Of a stretch of DNA of 64,000 nucleotides, positions 1 through 9,716 are shown piece by piece. Source of the stretch: Actinomycetota bacterium (GTDB lineage Bacteria; Actinomycetota; Actinomycetes; S36-B12); assembly GCA_027729805.1 (NCBI GenBank), contig JAQCEO010000001.1:10621-74620 (forward strand), read 5' to 3'. The notes beneath the pieces were generated by a model. It was not told where the DNA came from. It saw only the letters and a list, made by a program, of their open reading frames with translations, and ran no database searches. The translations under genes were made by a program, and so were the position numbers. Position 1 is the stretch's first letter; the number at the start of each line of letters is the position of its first letter.

Positions 1-897
1 TTGTGGCATGACGGCCGCGTGGTCGCGGTAAAAGTTCAATACCCGGGGGCCGATAAAGCGCTGATCAGCGACCTGAACCAAATGGCTCGAATGGGCAAGA
101 TGTTCGCATCTTGGATTCCGGGACTAGATATCAAGCCACTCCTCGACGAGCTCCGAGACCGCGCCGTTGACGAGCTTGACTATCTGCACGAGTCCCAAAA
201 CCAGCGGGCGTTCGCCGTTGCCTTTGAGGGCGATGTGGAGTTCGCCATCCCCCATGTGCTGGTCGCGGCCCCGCATGTGCTGGTTAGTGAGTGGATAGAA
301 GGCACCCCACTTTCGACCATTATCAAGGACGGCTCCCAAGCCGAACGTGATGCCGCCGGCGTGCTTTATGAACGCTTCTTGCTCTCTGGCCCAGCACGAG
401 CCGGGCTGCTGCATGCCGATCCGCATCCAGGTAATTTTCGAATAACCGCTGATGGCCGACTCGGGGTGCTCGATTTCGGCGCGTGCGCCCAATTACCAGG
501 TGGCCTGCCGACGGCGATGGGGACGCTGCTTCGGATCGCGCAATTAGGTGATGCTCAATTGGTTATTGACGGCCTGCGCGCCGAGGGTTTTATCAAGCCC
601 AATATCGATATCGATGCCGAGCAACTTCTCGGCTATCTCAAGCCCTTTGTCGAGCCGGCTCGCCACGAGGAGTTCACGTTCTCCCGCGACTGGATGCGCG
701 GGCAATTCACACGCATGAATGACATTCGCAATCCTGATTTCATGGTCGGACTGAAATTGAACCTGCCGCCGTCATACGCCTTGATCCATCGGGTCTGGCT
801 GGGTTGCATCGGCGTGCTGTCCCAACTTGGCGCAACGGTTCCGATGCGAGCAGAACTCAAGCGTTGGGTGCCGGATTTCGCCGCCGCGAGCGACTAA
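1..897 (+). CDS. ABC1/UbiB-family atypical kinase-like protein (5' end cut by window edge)
   Basis: ORF is open from base 1. Motifs VAVKVQYPG, HADPHPGNF and LDFG are typical of the ABC1/aarF kinase-like fold. Confidence 0.8.
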   Translation: MWHDGRVVAVKVQYPGADKALISDLNQMARMGKMFASWIPGLDIKPLLDELRDRAVDELDYLHESQNQRAFAVAFEGDVEFAIPHVLVAAPHVLVSEWIEGTPLSTIIKDGSQAERDAAGVLYERFLLSGPARAGLLHADPHPGNFRITADGRLGVLDFGACAQLPGGLPTAMGTLLRIAQLGDAQLVIDGLRAEGFIKPNIDIDAEQLLGYLKPFVEPARHEEFTFSRDWMRGQFTRMNDIRNPDFMVGLKLNLPPSYALIHRVWLGCIGVLSQLGATVPMRAELKRWVPDFAAASD

Positions 898-909
898 CCA
901 ATTTTCCCA

Positions 910-3003
910 CTACAGCGTCGGGTCGCCTAGAAGTTCGAGCAGGGTCGGCCCATATAACTCCAACTTCGCTGGACCGATTCCAGGAATAGCCGCTAACTGC
1001 TCCAAGCTGGTCGGCAATTGCTCAACAATTGCCAGCAAGGTGGCATCGGTGAAAATGACGAACGCGGGTACCTCGCGTTCGGTGGCCTGCAACAGTCGCC
1101 AGTTCTTCAATTGCTCGAATTGCTTCGGGTCATAAGTTGATGGGCAGGTGCGGCACCTACCCAAAGTGCGCTCGGGTGCGGTGACCAAACTTTTACGGCA
1201 GGTCCGGCAGGTCGCAGGGCCGCGCTTTTTACGCTCCGTGCGCACCCGACCTGAACCAGGGCGCACACTCCCCCGTGATCCGTCGCCGGAGAACCCATCA
1301 GCAATACGCCCATCAGCACTGGCAGCGGCAATTAGGAACCTGCTGAACTCACGATTCGCCCGGCCACCGGGTGCCCGGGCCCGCGCCCATGACAAGTGCA
1401 GGTGCGACTTGGCACGAGTCATCCCGACATAGAGCAGCCGACGTTCCTCCTCAACCTGATCCGGTGTATCGGAATTGGCCAATGGCAGTAGGCCATCACT
1501 GCAGCCAACGATAAATACCACCTGCCATTCCAGTCCTTTTGCTGAGTGCAGCGACGAGAGCGTCACCGCGTCGGCCGCGGGTGCATGCTGCGCCTGCGCG
1601 CGGTGATCCAGTTCAGCAACAAATGCTGATAAATCCCACTGCGGGTTCTCATCCGCCAAATTCACCAGCGCCGCAAGTGACTCCCAACGCTCGCGCACCG
1701 CGCCACTGCCCTGCGGGCGCTCAGCAGCCCAGCCAGCAGCACTAAGGACCCCGCGCACTTGATCACCGAGGAGTCCGGTGGCACCGCCGCCACGAGCGGC
1801 ACCCCGGATTCGAGTAATACCTTCGCGCACCTCAGGGCGATCAAAGAACCGTTCGGCCCCGCGCATCACCACTGCTATGCCCCGAGCCGACAGCGCCGCT
1901 TCTAGATCGGCCGACTGCGCGTTCATCCGAAACAGCACCGCGATATCTCGAGCCGGGATTCCGTTTCGCAGATGCGTAGAGATTGACTCTGCTACCGAGG
2001 TGGCTTCGGCTACCTCATCGGGGTGTGACTCCACCGTCGGCTCCACCCCGGGTTCACACTTTGACCTTAAAATTACCGCCGCCCGTGAGTGTGCCTGCGC
2101 GATCACCGCATTTGCTCTACTCACTATCTCCGGGGTGCAGCGATAGCAGTTGACGAGCCGTACCTCTGTGGCGTCGGGGAACTCGGTGCGAAAGTTCATC
2201 AAGTAGTCAGCAGATGCGCCGGTAAATGAGTAGATCGTCTGGCTGACATCACCAACCGCGCAGACTTCATCACGATCCCCACGCCAAAGGGTCAGTAATC
2301 GATGTTGCAGTGGGTTGACATCTTGGAATTCATCGACGGTGAACCAGCGATACGCCGAATGCACCTCATCGAGGATATCCGGGCGCGTTTGCAATGCGCC
2401 CACGGTAACTAAAAGCACATCCTCAAAATCCAAAAAGCCACGGGAGGCCTTCAAATCGTCATAGGCGGCGTAGACCTTCATGACATCAGCTAGCTCCATG
2501 CTCCACTGATGCGTCGCGGCCCGCGGATCTGTCAATAAATCACGTGCGGCCAATTCACTTACCTTCGACCATTCGATATCAGAGGCGAGATCACGTATCA
2601 CTGCCGCATCTGTCGTGATACCAGACTTGGACGCCGCCTCAGCGAGCAGACGTGCCTTGCTGGGCAGGACTTCCGGAAATGTTTGACCACTTAGGCGGGG
2701 CCAAAAGTGGCGCAGTTGCCGCAGCGCCGCGCTATGGAAGGTGCGCACCTGGGCGCCCTCCACCCCAAGTTCGCGCAGCCGCACCCGCATCTCACCGGCA
2801 GCCCTCGTGGTGAAGGTGACGGCCAGTGACCGCCGTGCCTCATGGGCCCCGGTCGCCACGGCATAGGCCATGCGATGGGTGATGGCCCGGGTCTTGCCGG
2901 TGCCGGCGCCGGCCAGCACCACGACCGGGCCGTGCACGCTGGTGGCCACCACCTGTTGCTCGTCATCGAGCCCGGCTAGTACCTCCTCTGGTTCACCCAT
3001 CAC
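910..3003 (-). CDS. uvrD2: UvrD2-type ATP-dependent DNA helicase (SF1) with C-terminal Cys4 and HRDC-like tail
   Basis: Walker A GAGTGKT, plus DEFQD and VGDVSQTIYSF helicase motifs. C-terminal CRTCRK...CRTC cysteine cluster followed by an HRDC-like end. Confidence 0.9.
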   Translation of the reverse strand: MMGEPEEVLAGLDDEQQVVATSVHGPVVVLAGAGTGKTRAITHRMAYAVATGAHEARRSLAVTFTTRAAGEMRVRLRELGVEGAQVRTFHSAALRQLRHFWPRLSGQTFPEVLPSKARLLAEAASKSGITTDAAVIRDLASDIEWSKVSELAARDLLTDPRAATHQWSMELADVMKVYAAYDDLKASRGFLDFEDVLLVTVGALQTRPDILDEVHSAYRWFTVDEFQDVNPLQHRLLTLWRGDRDEVCAVGDVSQTIYSFTGASADYLMNFRTEFPDATEVRLVNCYRCTPEIVSRANAVIAQAHSRAAVILRSKCEPGVEPTVESHPDEVAEATSVAESISTHLRNGIPARDIAVLFRMNAQSADLEAALSARGIAVVMRGAERFFDRPEVREGITRIRGAARGGGATGLLGDQVRGVLSAAGWAAERPQGSGAVRERWESLAALVNLADENPQWDLSAFVAELDHRAQAQHAPAADAVTLSSLHSAKGLEWQVVFIVGCSDGLLPLANSDTPDQVEEERRLLYVGMTRAKSHLHLSWARARAPGGRANREFSRFLIAAASADGRIADGFSGDGSRGSVRPGSGRVRTERKKRGPATCRTCRKSLVTAPERTLGRCRTCPSTYDPKQFEQLKNWRLLQATEREVPAFVIFTDATLLAIVEQLPTSLEQLAAIPGIGPAKLELYGPTLLELLGDPTL

Positions 3004-3005
3004 AG

Positions 3006-3260
3006 GTGCACGCTAGCGTTGCTCGGATGAAGATGTACACGACGGTTTGGTGTGGCTACTGCCAGCGGCTAAAAGCCCAGCTGGGGCGTGCGGGCATTGC
3101 CTTCGAAGAGGTCGATATTGAAGTTGATCCGGCGGCCGCGGCATTTGTTGAATCCGTCAACGGGGGTAACCAGACCGTACCCACCATGCTCTTTGACGAT
3201 GGCAGTGCGTTAGCTAATCCGTCGATCGGCCAGGTGAAGGCGAAACTGGGCCTGTCCTAG
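3006..3260 (+). CDS. Glutaredoxin-like / mycoredoxin-like small thiol oxidoreductase
   Basis: CxxC active site WCGYC in an ~80-aa protein. The real start is probably the ATG at 3027 (MKMYTT). Confidence 0.8.
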   Translation: MHASVARMKMYTTVWCGYCQRLKAQLGRAGIAFEEVDIEVDPAAAAFVESVNGGNQTVPTMLFDDGSALANPSIGQVKAKLGLS

Positions 3261-3273
3261 CCCGGCACCTTGG

Positions 3274-4191
3274 TTACTCCTCCGGTGCCACGAACTCAAC
3301 TCGCCGGTTGCGCTGCGCCCACACGACACAAGCGATCACCACGCATGCGGCCAGCAAAGTGGGCAAGGTGACACTTTCACCTAGCAACAGCGCCGACCAC
3401 AGCAAGGTAAGAAGCGCTTGCAATTGCTGCACCTGACTACCTCGGGCAATGCCGGCCATCGATAGACCCCGATACCAGGCGAAGAACCCGAAGTACATCG
3501 ACGAGATGCCAAGGGATATCAACGCGAACCATTGCGCGCTCGTGGTCGCGTAATTGACGCTGGTCGTAAACCACAACAGCAATGAAACAGGCACGGTTAT
3601 CGGTAGGGCGAAGACAACAACCCACGAAATCACCTGCCAACCCGGCATCACCTTGGTGACGGCTGCGCCCTCGACATAACACCAGGAGGAAAACAAGGTC
3701 GCACCCACCACTAACAAATCAGCCCAGTAATTCGGGCTGCTCGCACCACCGCGACCTAGTGCAAAGATCACCAGGGCAACAGTTCCGATACTCGCCGCTA
3801 ACCAGAACTTGGCGCTAACCCTTTCGTGGGTTCGGGACACCGCGATGATCGCGGTTGACAGCGGCATGAAGGCGATGATTACCGCAAGGTGAGCCGAAGT
3901 CGTGTACTGCAGCGCGATCGCAATCAAGATGGGCCAGCCGAAGACCGCTCCGACCATCGTCAAGAGGAGCGGCCGCACTACTGACCGGGACGGCCAAGCC
4001 ACCCGATTGACCGACAAAATCACCGCTGCCAAAACACCAGCAATGACCGCGCGGCCGGTCGCGGTAAAAAACGGATTGAACCCGCTAACCGCGACTTTGG
4101 TTAGCGGAACCGAAAAAGAGAACAGCAGTACCCCGAGGAAGGCCCAGGACAAGCCACGTAGGTGGATCTGCCGCGCGGTTAACTCCGGCAT
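3274..4191 (-). CDS. EamA/DMT-family polytopic membrane transporter
   Basis: 305 aa, about 10 hydrophobic segments, duplicated EamA-like halves. Confidence 0.75.
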   Translation of the reverse strand: MPELTARQIHLRGLSWAFLGVLLFSFSVPLTKVAVSGFNPFFTATGRAVIAGVLAAVILSVNRVAWPSRSVVRPLLLTMVGAVFGWPILIAIALQYTTSAHLAVIIAFMPLSTAIIAVSRTHERVSAKFWLAASIGTVALVIFALGRGGASSPNYWADLLVVGATLFSSWCYVEGAAVTKVMPGWQVISWVVVFALPITVPVSLLLWFTTSVNYATTSAQWFALISLGISSMYFGFFAWYRGLSMAGIARGSQVQQLQALLTLLWSALLLGESVTLPTLLAACVVIACVVWAQRNRRVEFVAPEE

Positions 4192-4213
4192 TAGGTCATC
4201 ACCTGAACACTCG

Positions 4214-5149
4214 TTACCAAGACCAAGCGTCCGGTAACTCCTGCCCGTACCAACGCTCGATCAATCTGCGGGAGATCGAAATAGCCGACGGCAATTTGAT
4301 CTCACCCACCGCGCAGGCAGCGCGCAGTTCATCGCGGCTATACCAATTGGCCTCGGCTATCTCGGTCTCATCGACTTTGATCGTGGAGTCCTTGGCCCAG
4401 GCGTGGTAGCCCAACATCAAAGACGCCGGGAACGGCCACGGTTGGCTTCCGAGATACTGCACCGCGTCTGGGTGGTCGTCGATCAGGACGCCGGTTTCCT
4501 CGGCTAGTTCCCGACGCACCGCGGCCTCCGCTGATTCACCGGCTTCAACGAACCCGGCAAAAGTGGAAACCAGGCCGGGCGGCCAATTCACATGTCGCCC
4601 CAAGAGCGCTCGGTCCTCGCCATCGCGAACCAGCACAATCACCGCCGGCTCGGTGCGCGGAAAGTGGTCTACCCCATCGACACTGCAGTGCAGGGACCAG
4701 CCGCCGTGCTGCGCGACCAACGCACCTCCGCATTTCGCGCAACGTTGGGTTGCCGTGCGCCAGTTGTCAAGTGCAACCGCAGTTACCATTAAGCCGGCAT
4801 CACTATCACTTAGGGATCGGCCAACCTCGCGCAGTGACTTCCAGTCCGATTGGACCGGTGCATCATCAGGTGATTGGACATGGGACGCGAAGTAGGCCCG
4901 ATCAAGAGAGTCAACACCGAGAAAGCTCAATTCAACTTCGGGTGCGAGGTCACTCGCTGGGGTAAATACCAACTCGACGCCGCCAGCCACCTCGGTGCAG
5001 GCACCGGCGCCCGCCGCCACCCAAAGCACCTTGGAGCCTAGGTCGCACCGGCGCTCAAGTAGCCATTCTTGGTCGGTGCGCCGGTGGGCCACCCGATCTA
5101 TCTCGGCCCGCGATAACAGCAGGTCATCAAGGAGCAGGGGGCTGGGCAC
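4214..5149 (-). CDS. nudC: NADH pyrophosphatase (Nudix hydrolase NudC)
   Basis: Nudix box GFVEAGESAEAAVRRELAEETGV. Zinc-ribbon cysteines CAKCGG...HC lie upstream of it. Confidence 0.85.
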   Translation of the reverse strand: MPSPLLLDDLLLSRAEIDRVAHRRTDQEWLLERRCDLGSKVLWVAAGAGACTEVAGGVELVFTPASDLAPEVELSFLGVDSLDRAYFASHVQSPDDAPVQSDWKSLREVGRSLSDSDAGLMVTAVALDNWRTATQRCAKCGGALVAQHGGWSLHCSVDGVDHFPRTEPAVIVLVRDGEDRALLGRHVNWPPGLVSTFAGFVEAGESAEAAVRRELAEETGVLIDDHPDAVQYLGSQPWPFPASLMLGYHAWAKDSTIKVDETEIAEANWYSRDELRAACAVGEIKLPSAISISRRLIERWYGQELPDAWSW

Positions 5150-5152
5150 CCC

Positions 5153-6517
5153 TTGAGCCTATTGGCCCGGTGGCCCGAATCGGTGCGCCCTGCCAAGCCA
5201 GTAGCGACTGACATGACACCATCACCTGTTGTGAACGTCTTCATCCGCCAGTTAACCGGCATCCGCTTCATTGCCGCCGCGTGGGTGCTGCTGTATCACT
5301 TACAAGGACCACTTAACACCCTCGGCCTATTGGCCATCCCGATCCTGCCGGATGTCATGCGCGTTGGCAGGCTCGGTGTCGACCTCTTCTTCGCCCTCTC
5401 CGGTTTCATCCTCACCCACACTTACTTAACCCGACTCGGCCCCCGCTTATCGGGGCGCAAAACAATTGATTTTTGGTGGCTGCGATTGGCCCGCGTGTAC
5501 CCGGTGCACTTGGTCATGCTCGTCATCGCGGGTGTAGCGGTTTTCGCGCAGGCGAAAATTTCTGGCACCGAACTTGACCGCGATTGGTTGAACCCGCTTG
5601 ACTTCGGCAAGAACTTGCTACTGGTGCAGGAGTGGGGGCCCAGCCCACAGCGTGGCTGGAATTTCGTCGCTTGGACACTTTCGATGGAGTGGCTTGCCTA
5701 TCTGCTCTTCCCGCTGCTTATTTTGCTCATTTGGGTTTTCTATCGCCGTGTTAGTACCACTTTCTTGGTAATCGCTTGGGTGGTCGTACTTATTCCGGTC
5801 ATCATTTACGGATTGAATACTTCTGACCCCTACTACACCGATAACTGGGGTTCCACCTACCGCATCCTGTGCGAGTTCACCGCCGGCGCTATCACCTATT
5901 TGATCGTGCGCCGCTTCTTGCCCGAAGCCGCCGCCGACCCCAAGCCCAATATTGAAAAACTCGCTAGCGCCCTGGCTGTGGTGCTGCCTTTACTCGTAAT
6001 CACCGGGTCGGTCGTCCTCGGCAACTTACCGGCCGCGCAGCCTCCTGCGGTTGACTTAGGCCCCGATGCGGAAGCTCTCCCACCCTATTTTCATCTCCTG
6101 CTCGTGCCCTTTCTAGTTGCCTGGATCGGCGCCCTCGCCCTTTCGCGGCGTGGCCTAGCCCGCACCCTGTCAACCCGCACCATGGTGCTAGGTGGCTTCA
6201 TCTCCTACTCCCTGTACATGACACACCTGGTTTGGTTCGGGCTCTGGCGGGCCGGGATGGACGCGGTTGGCATTGACGGTGGTGCGCTCTATGCCATCGG
6301 CACCCTTGGCTTGGTGGCCGGCGCACTAGCGATCGCCTGGTTGATGTGGCGCTTTGTTGAGGAACCGGCACGCGAGTGGATGCGCGCCCTGGCCGGTGCC
6401 AGACGCACCCCGACCGAAGAAGCCGGTGAGCAACTTGCGGTGCGGGCACATGGCGGTGACAGCGCCGAGCCCATCATCGTGCCGGGTAATGAAGACGGCC
6501 CCGGCGCGGTTCGCTAA
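5153..6517 (+). CDS. Acyltransferase family 3 (OafA/YrhL-like) integral membrane protein
   Basis: Multi-pass membrane protein with N-terminal LTGIRFIAAAWVLLYH and DLFFALSGF motifs. Start may be the internal M at about 5213. Confidence 0.75.
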   Translation: MSLLARWPESVRPAKPVATDMTPSPVVNVFIRQLTGIRFIAAAWVLLYHLQGPLNTLGLLAIPILPDVMRVGRLGVDLFFALSGFILTHTYLTRLGPRLSGRKTIDFWWLRLARVYPVHLVMLVIAGVAVFAQAKISGTELDRDWLNPLDFGKNLLLVQEWGPSPQRGWNFVAWTLSMEWLAYLLFPLLILLIWVFYRRVSTTFLVIAWVVVLIPVIIYGLNTSDPYYTDNWGSTYRILCEFTAGAITYLIVRRFLPEAAADPKPNIEKLASALAVVLPLLVITGSVVLGNLPAAQPPAVDLGPDAEALPPYFHLLLVPFLVAWIGALALSRRGLARTLSTRTMVLGGFISYSLYMTHLVWFGLWRAGMDAVGIDGGALYAIGTLGLVAGALAIAWLMWRFVEEPAREWMRALAGARRTPTEEAGEQLAVRAHGGDSAEPIIVPGNEDGPGAVR

Positions 6518-6518
6518 C

Positions 6519-9500
6519 TCAAGGGAAGTCCAGGCTCGGTAGCGGCTGGGGCCGGATAATTTCACCGGTTGCCACCATCACAAACCCCGCGTCGATATCG
6601 GCTATTGGTACACCACGCAACTTTGACCAAGCCTGTCGATACAGCGCCAACTGATATGGATCGATGGACGCCGCGGACCCGGTCTTCCAGTCGATAACGT
6701 CATAGCGATCACCATTCTTAAAGACCGCATCGATCCGGCCTTTGATGACCCGCCCACCCAAAATCAAGGCGAATGGCTCTTCAATTGCGATGGGTTGAAG
6801 TTTGGCGTAGGCGGATTTCTCGAAAGCCTGCTTTAACTCCTCGAGTTGGGTATCGCTCGTGATGTCGTGATCTGCGGACCCGGGCAGCTCATCAGGGTCC
6901 AGCAGACTTTGTTGACCAAACCGGCTCTCGAGCCAAAGGTGGAAACTGGTACCGCGCCGGGCCGCGGGCGCTGGCTGCCGGGGTAGCGGCCTGGCCAGGC
7001 GCATCGCGGTCCCGGCCGGGTCGCGCAGCGCATCGATGAGCGCACTTGCCGAAAGTGAATCCGGTAGGCGCACGGTGTGAATCAACTCCCGGCGTCGCCT
7101 TGCCTCCGTAAGCAAGCTCTCGGCATCACGATCCCAGTGGGAAATGAGCTCGGTCTCACCTGCCGAAAGCTGTGCAGCAGAGTCCGGCGCGGTGGTCACC
7201 GACAACGGCGCCAACATTGCCGCACGTACCTGATCACCTACCTGGCGCACCTTTGCAGCGGTGGCAATTGGCGCCGGCCACGCGTGCGTGAGGGTGCCCG
7301 CATCCGGTGCCGGGTTGGTGGCGTCGTCGGCCGGTTGCGGGTGCCAGTAGATGACCTCACCTGCTCCGTCGAGACAAGTATCGCGAATCATCGTCAAATA
7401 GGGGTCGGGGCCGCGGAACTTAATTTGGGTCGGCCCCCACCAATGCCCGGTGACGGTTAGTGAGTACTCGGCGCGGGTAAATGCCACATAGGCCAGGCGT
7501 TGGTCATCGGCTACTTGGTAATCGCGCAAAATCACTTGATAGGCCTTGTGGTCTTTATCGCGCGGGCTTACATCTAGGTCAGGGAAAGAGGCGAGGTCAT
7601 CGGTTACATCAGCACGCAACTGCCAGGGCACCGCTGCCGCACTAGTTGGCCAGGCGCTGCGCCCGACGCCGCCGGGGAATGCCCCCTTGGCCACCGACGG
7701 CACGAAAACATGCGGGTATTCCAACCCCTTGGCTTTGTGAATAGTCAGCAACTGCACCGCGTTTTCCCGCAGGACGATATCAACGGGCAACCCAACGTCG
7801 AATCGTTCGGCATCGGCCAACCGGCTCAAGAAAGCCCCGAGGGTGTGACCACCGTCGATGTCGGTGAACTCCGCCGCGAGGTCGAGCAAACTGGTGACGG
7901 CATATTGCTGCTGCTCAGCGCTGTCCGCTACCGCAATCTCAACCGAAAGCCCGGTCGAAGCCAAAATGCGGTTGATCAGATCAGTTAATGGCTCACCCAC
8001 ATGGCGGCGCAATTGCACGATCTCGGCGGCAAGTGCGGTAAGCCTTGCGCCCGCGGCCTGCGAGTAAGCGGCCAGATCACCGAGATCGGCCAGTGCATCG
8101 GATAGTGAGATTGCCTCAACCGGATCACTGCCGGCCACCGCCTCATCGAGGGCACCCGTGACATCGGTGGTGACCTGCCGATGGCCACCCCCGGCGAGTA
8201 CCCCGGCCCTCTTACCCAGCGCCGCTAGATCACGTACCCCGATTCGCCACCTTGGGCCGGTGAGAATGCGCACCAACGCCGGGTTCGCAATCGGGTTGTG
8301 CAGTACCTCCAGCATGCTGCGGATCTCAATAACCGCCGGTTGCCGCAATAGCCCGGCCGCCCCATGTAGCTGCGTTGGGATGCCCTGGGCGCGCAAGGCG
8401 GTATCGAGTTCAACTAGATCGCGGCCGGTGGCGGCCAAGATCGCGATATCGCCCCATTTGACTTTCGTTCCGCGCGCACCACCTAATCGTGCAATCTCCT
8501 GCACCATCCAAGTTTTTTCCGCATCCGCGGTTTCAAATAATGCGCATTGCACTTTGCCAGGTCCCCGGTCAGGTGATCCGGCCTTCAATACATCGATACC
8601 CGGGTGCCGCTGACGCAGTTCGGTCGAGATGTCATTGGCGACCGCCAAGATCGCCGGCCCAGATCTGCGATTGGTCGCTAGCGGATACGACACCGGCTCG
8701 GACTCCACGCCATTGCGCTGTACTTTGAAGTGCTCCCTGAACGAGTCGATGTTGTCAACGCTGGCCCCGCGGAAACCATAAATCGCCTGGCACGGGTCAC
8801 CGACCGCCGTAACCGGATGACCGTTGCCGAATAACCCTTGCAACAACATCCGCTGGGCCAGCGAAGTGTCCTGGTACTCATCAAGTAACACCACCTGGAT
8901 GCGCGCCCGAAGCTTCACGGCAATATCTGGGTATTTGTTCACCAACTCAAGGGCCACCCGGGTTTGATCGGCGAAGTCTTGGACATCGCGCGCTAGTTTC
9001 TCGGCGCGCCATTCAATGACCAACCCAGCCAGCGCCACCCGCAGCTTCGAGGTCTCGAGCATCTTCTTCCCGATCCCCTGCAAGGAGTCATGCCCTAGTA
9101 GTTGAGCAATTGACTCTTGATCGCACTCGATGAGTTGCTCGGGCTTGATGGCCAGATCCGCGAGCTGGTCATCCAGGGCCAATAGCTCACCGGTCAACTT
9201 GACCGGTGACTTACCGAAATCCGCCAACGGCAATGCGGTGCGGCAGACCACCCGGTAGGCCAGTTGGTGGCGCGCACCATCTGCGAGCAAAGTGCTGCCC
9301 TGCTCTAGACCAAGGCGCATACCGTTCTCATCAATAATGCGTTTGGCGAAGGCATGATAGGTGAGCACCTGCGGATCACCGGTGCTTTCATCCTCGTATT
9401 CAGGCTCGCGCTCAGTATTAATAAAGCTAGGGTCGATCAAGCCCGCAGTTTCAAGGCGCGACAAACTAGATCGCATCGAACCGAGTAACCCGGCTGCGGC

Positions 9501-9716
9501 CTTATTGGTAAATGTCAGGCCCAGCACTGCATCCGCGCGCACATAGTCACTGGCCACCAACCAGGCCACCCGCGCCGCCATCGAGGTGGTCTTGCCGGTA
9601 CCGGCGCCGGCCACCACCACGGCTGGCTCTAGTGGCGCAGAGACCACCGCCCACTGCTCATCGCTTAGGACAAAGCCGAGCGCGCGATCTAGGTCCAGCT
9701 TTTTGAGTTCGCTCAT
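6519..9716 (-). CDS. adnB: AdnB-like helicase-nuclease subunit (UvrD-like helicase + C-terminal RecB-type nuclease)
   Basis: Walker A GAGTGKTT and LLDEYQDTS motifs. C-terminal GRIDAV...DWKTG nuclease motif. 4-nt overlap with the upstream partner gene. Confidence 0.85.
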   Translation of the reverse strand: MSELKKLDLDRALGFVLSDEQWAVVSAPLEPAVVVAGAGTGKTTSMAARVAWLVASDYVRADAVLGLTFTNKAAAGLLGSMRSSLSRLETAGLIDPSFINTEREPEYEDESTGDPQVLTYHAFAKRIIDENGMRLGLEQGSTLLADGARHQLAYRVVCRTALPLADFGKSPVKLTGELLALDDQLADLAIKPEQLIECDQESIAQLLGHDSLQGIGKKMLETSKLRVALAGLVIEWRAEKLARDVQDFADQTRVALELVNKYPDIAVKLRARIQVVLLDEYQDTSLAQRMLLQGLFGNGHPVTAVGDPCQAIYGFRGASVDNIDSFREHFKVQRNGVESEPVSYPLATNRRSGPAILAVANDISTELRQRHPGIDVLKAGSPDRGPGKVQCALFETADAEKTWMVQEIARLGGARGTKVKWGDIAILAATGRDLVELDTALRAQGIPTQLHGAAGLLRQPAVIEIRSMLEVLHNPIANPALVRILTGPRWRIGVRDLAALGKRAGVLAGGGHRQVTTDVTGALDEAVAGSDPVEAISLSDALADLGDLAAYSQAAGARLTALAAEIVQLRRHVGEPLTDLINRILASTGLSVEIAVADSAEQQQYAVTSLLDLAAEFTDIDGGHTLGAFLSRLADAERFDVGLPVDIVLRENAVQLLTIHKAKGLEYPHVFVPSVAKGAFPGGVGRSAWPTSAAAVPWQLRADVTDDLASFPDLDVSPRDKDHKAYQVILRDYQVADDQRLAYVAFTRAEYSLTVTGHWWGPTQIKFRGPDPYLTMIRDTCLDGAGEVIYWHPQPADDATNPAPDAGTLTHAWPAPIATAAKVRQVGDQVRAAMLAPLSVTTAPDSAAQLSAGETELISHWDRDAESLLTEARRRRELIHTVRLPDSLSASALIDALRDPAGTAMRLARPLPRQPAPAARRGTSFHLWLESRFGQQSLLDPDELPGSADHDITSDTQLEELKQAFEKSAYAKLQPIAIEEPFALILGGRVIKGRIDAVFKNGDRYDVIDWKTGSAASIDPYQLALYRQAWSKLRGVPIADIDAGFVMVATGEIIRPQPLPSLDFP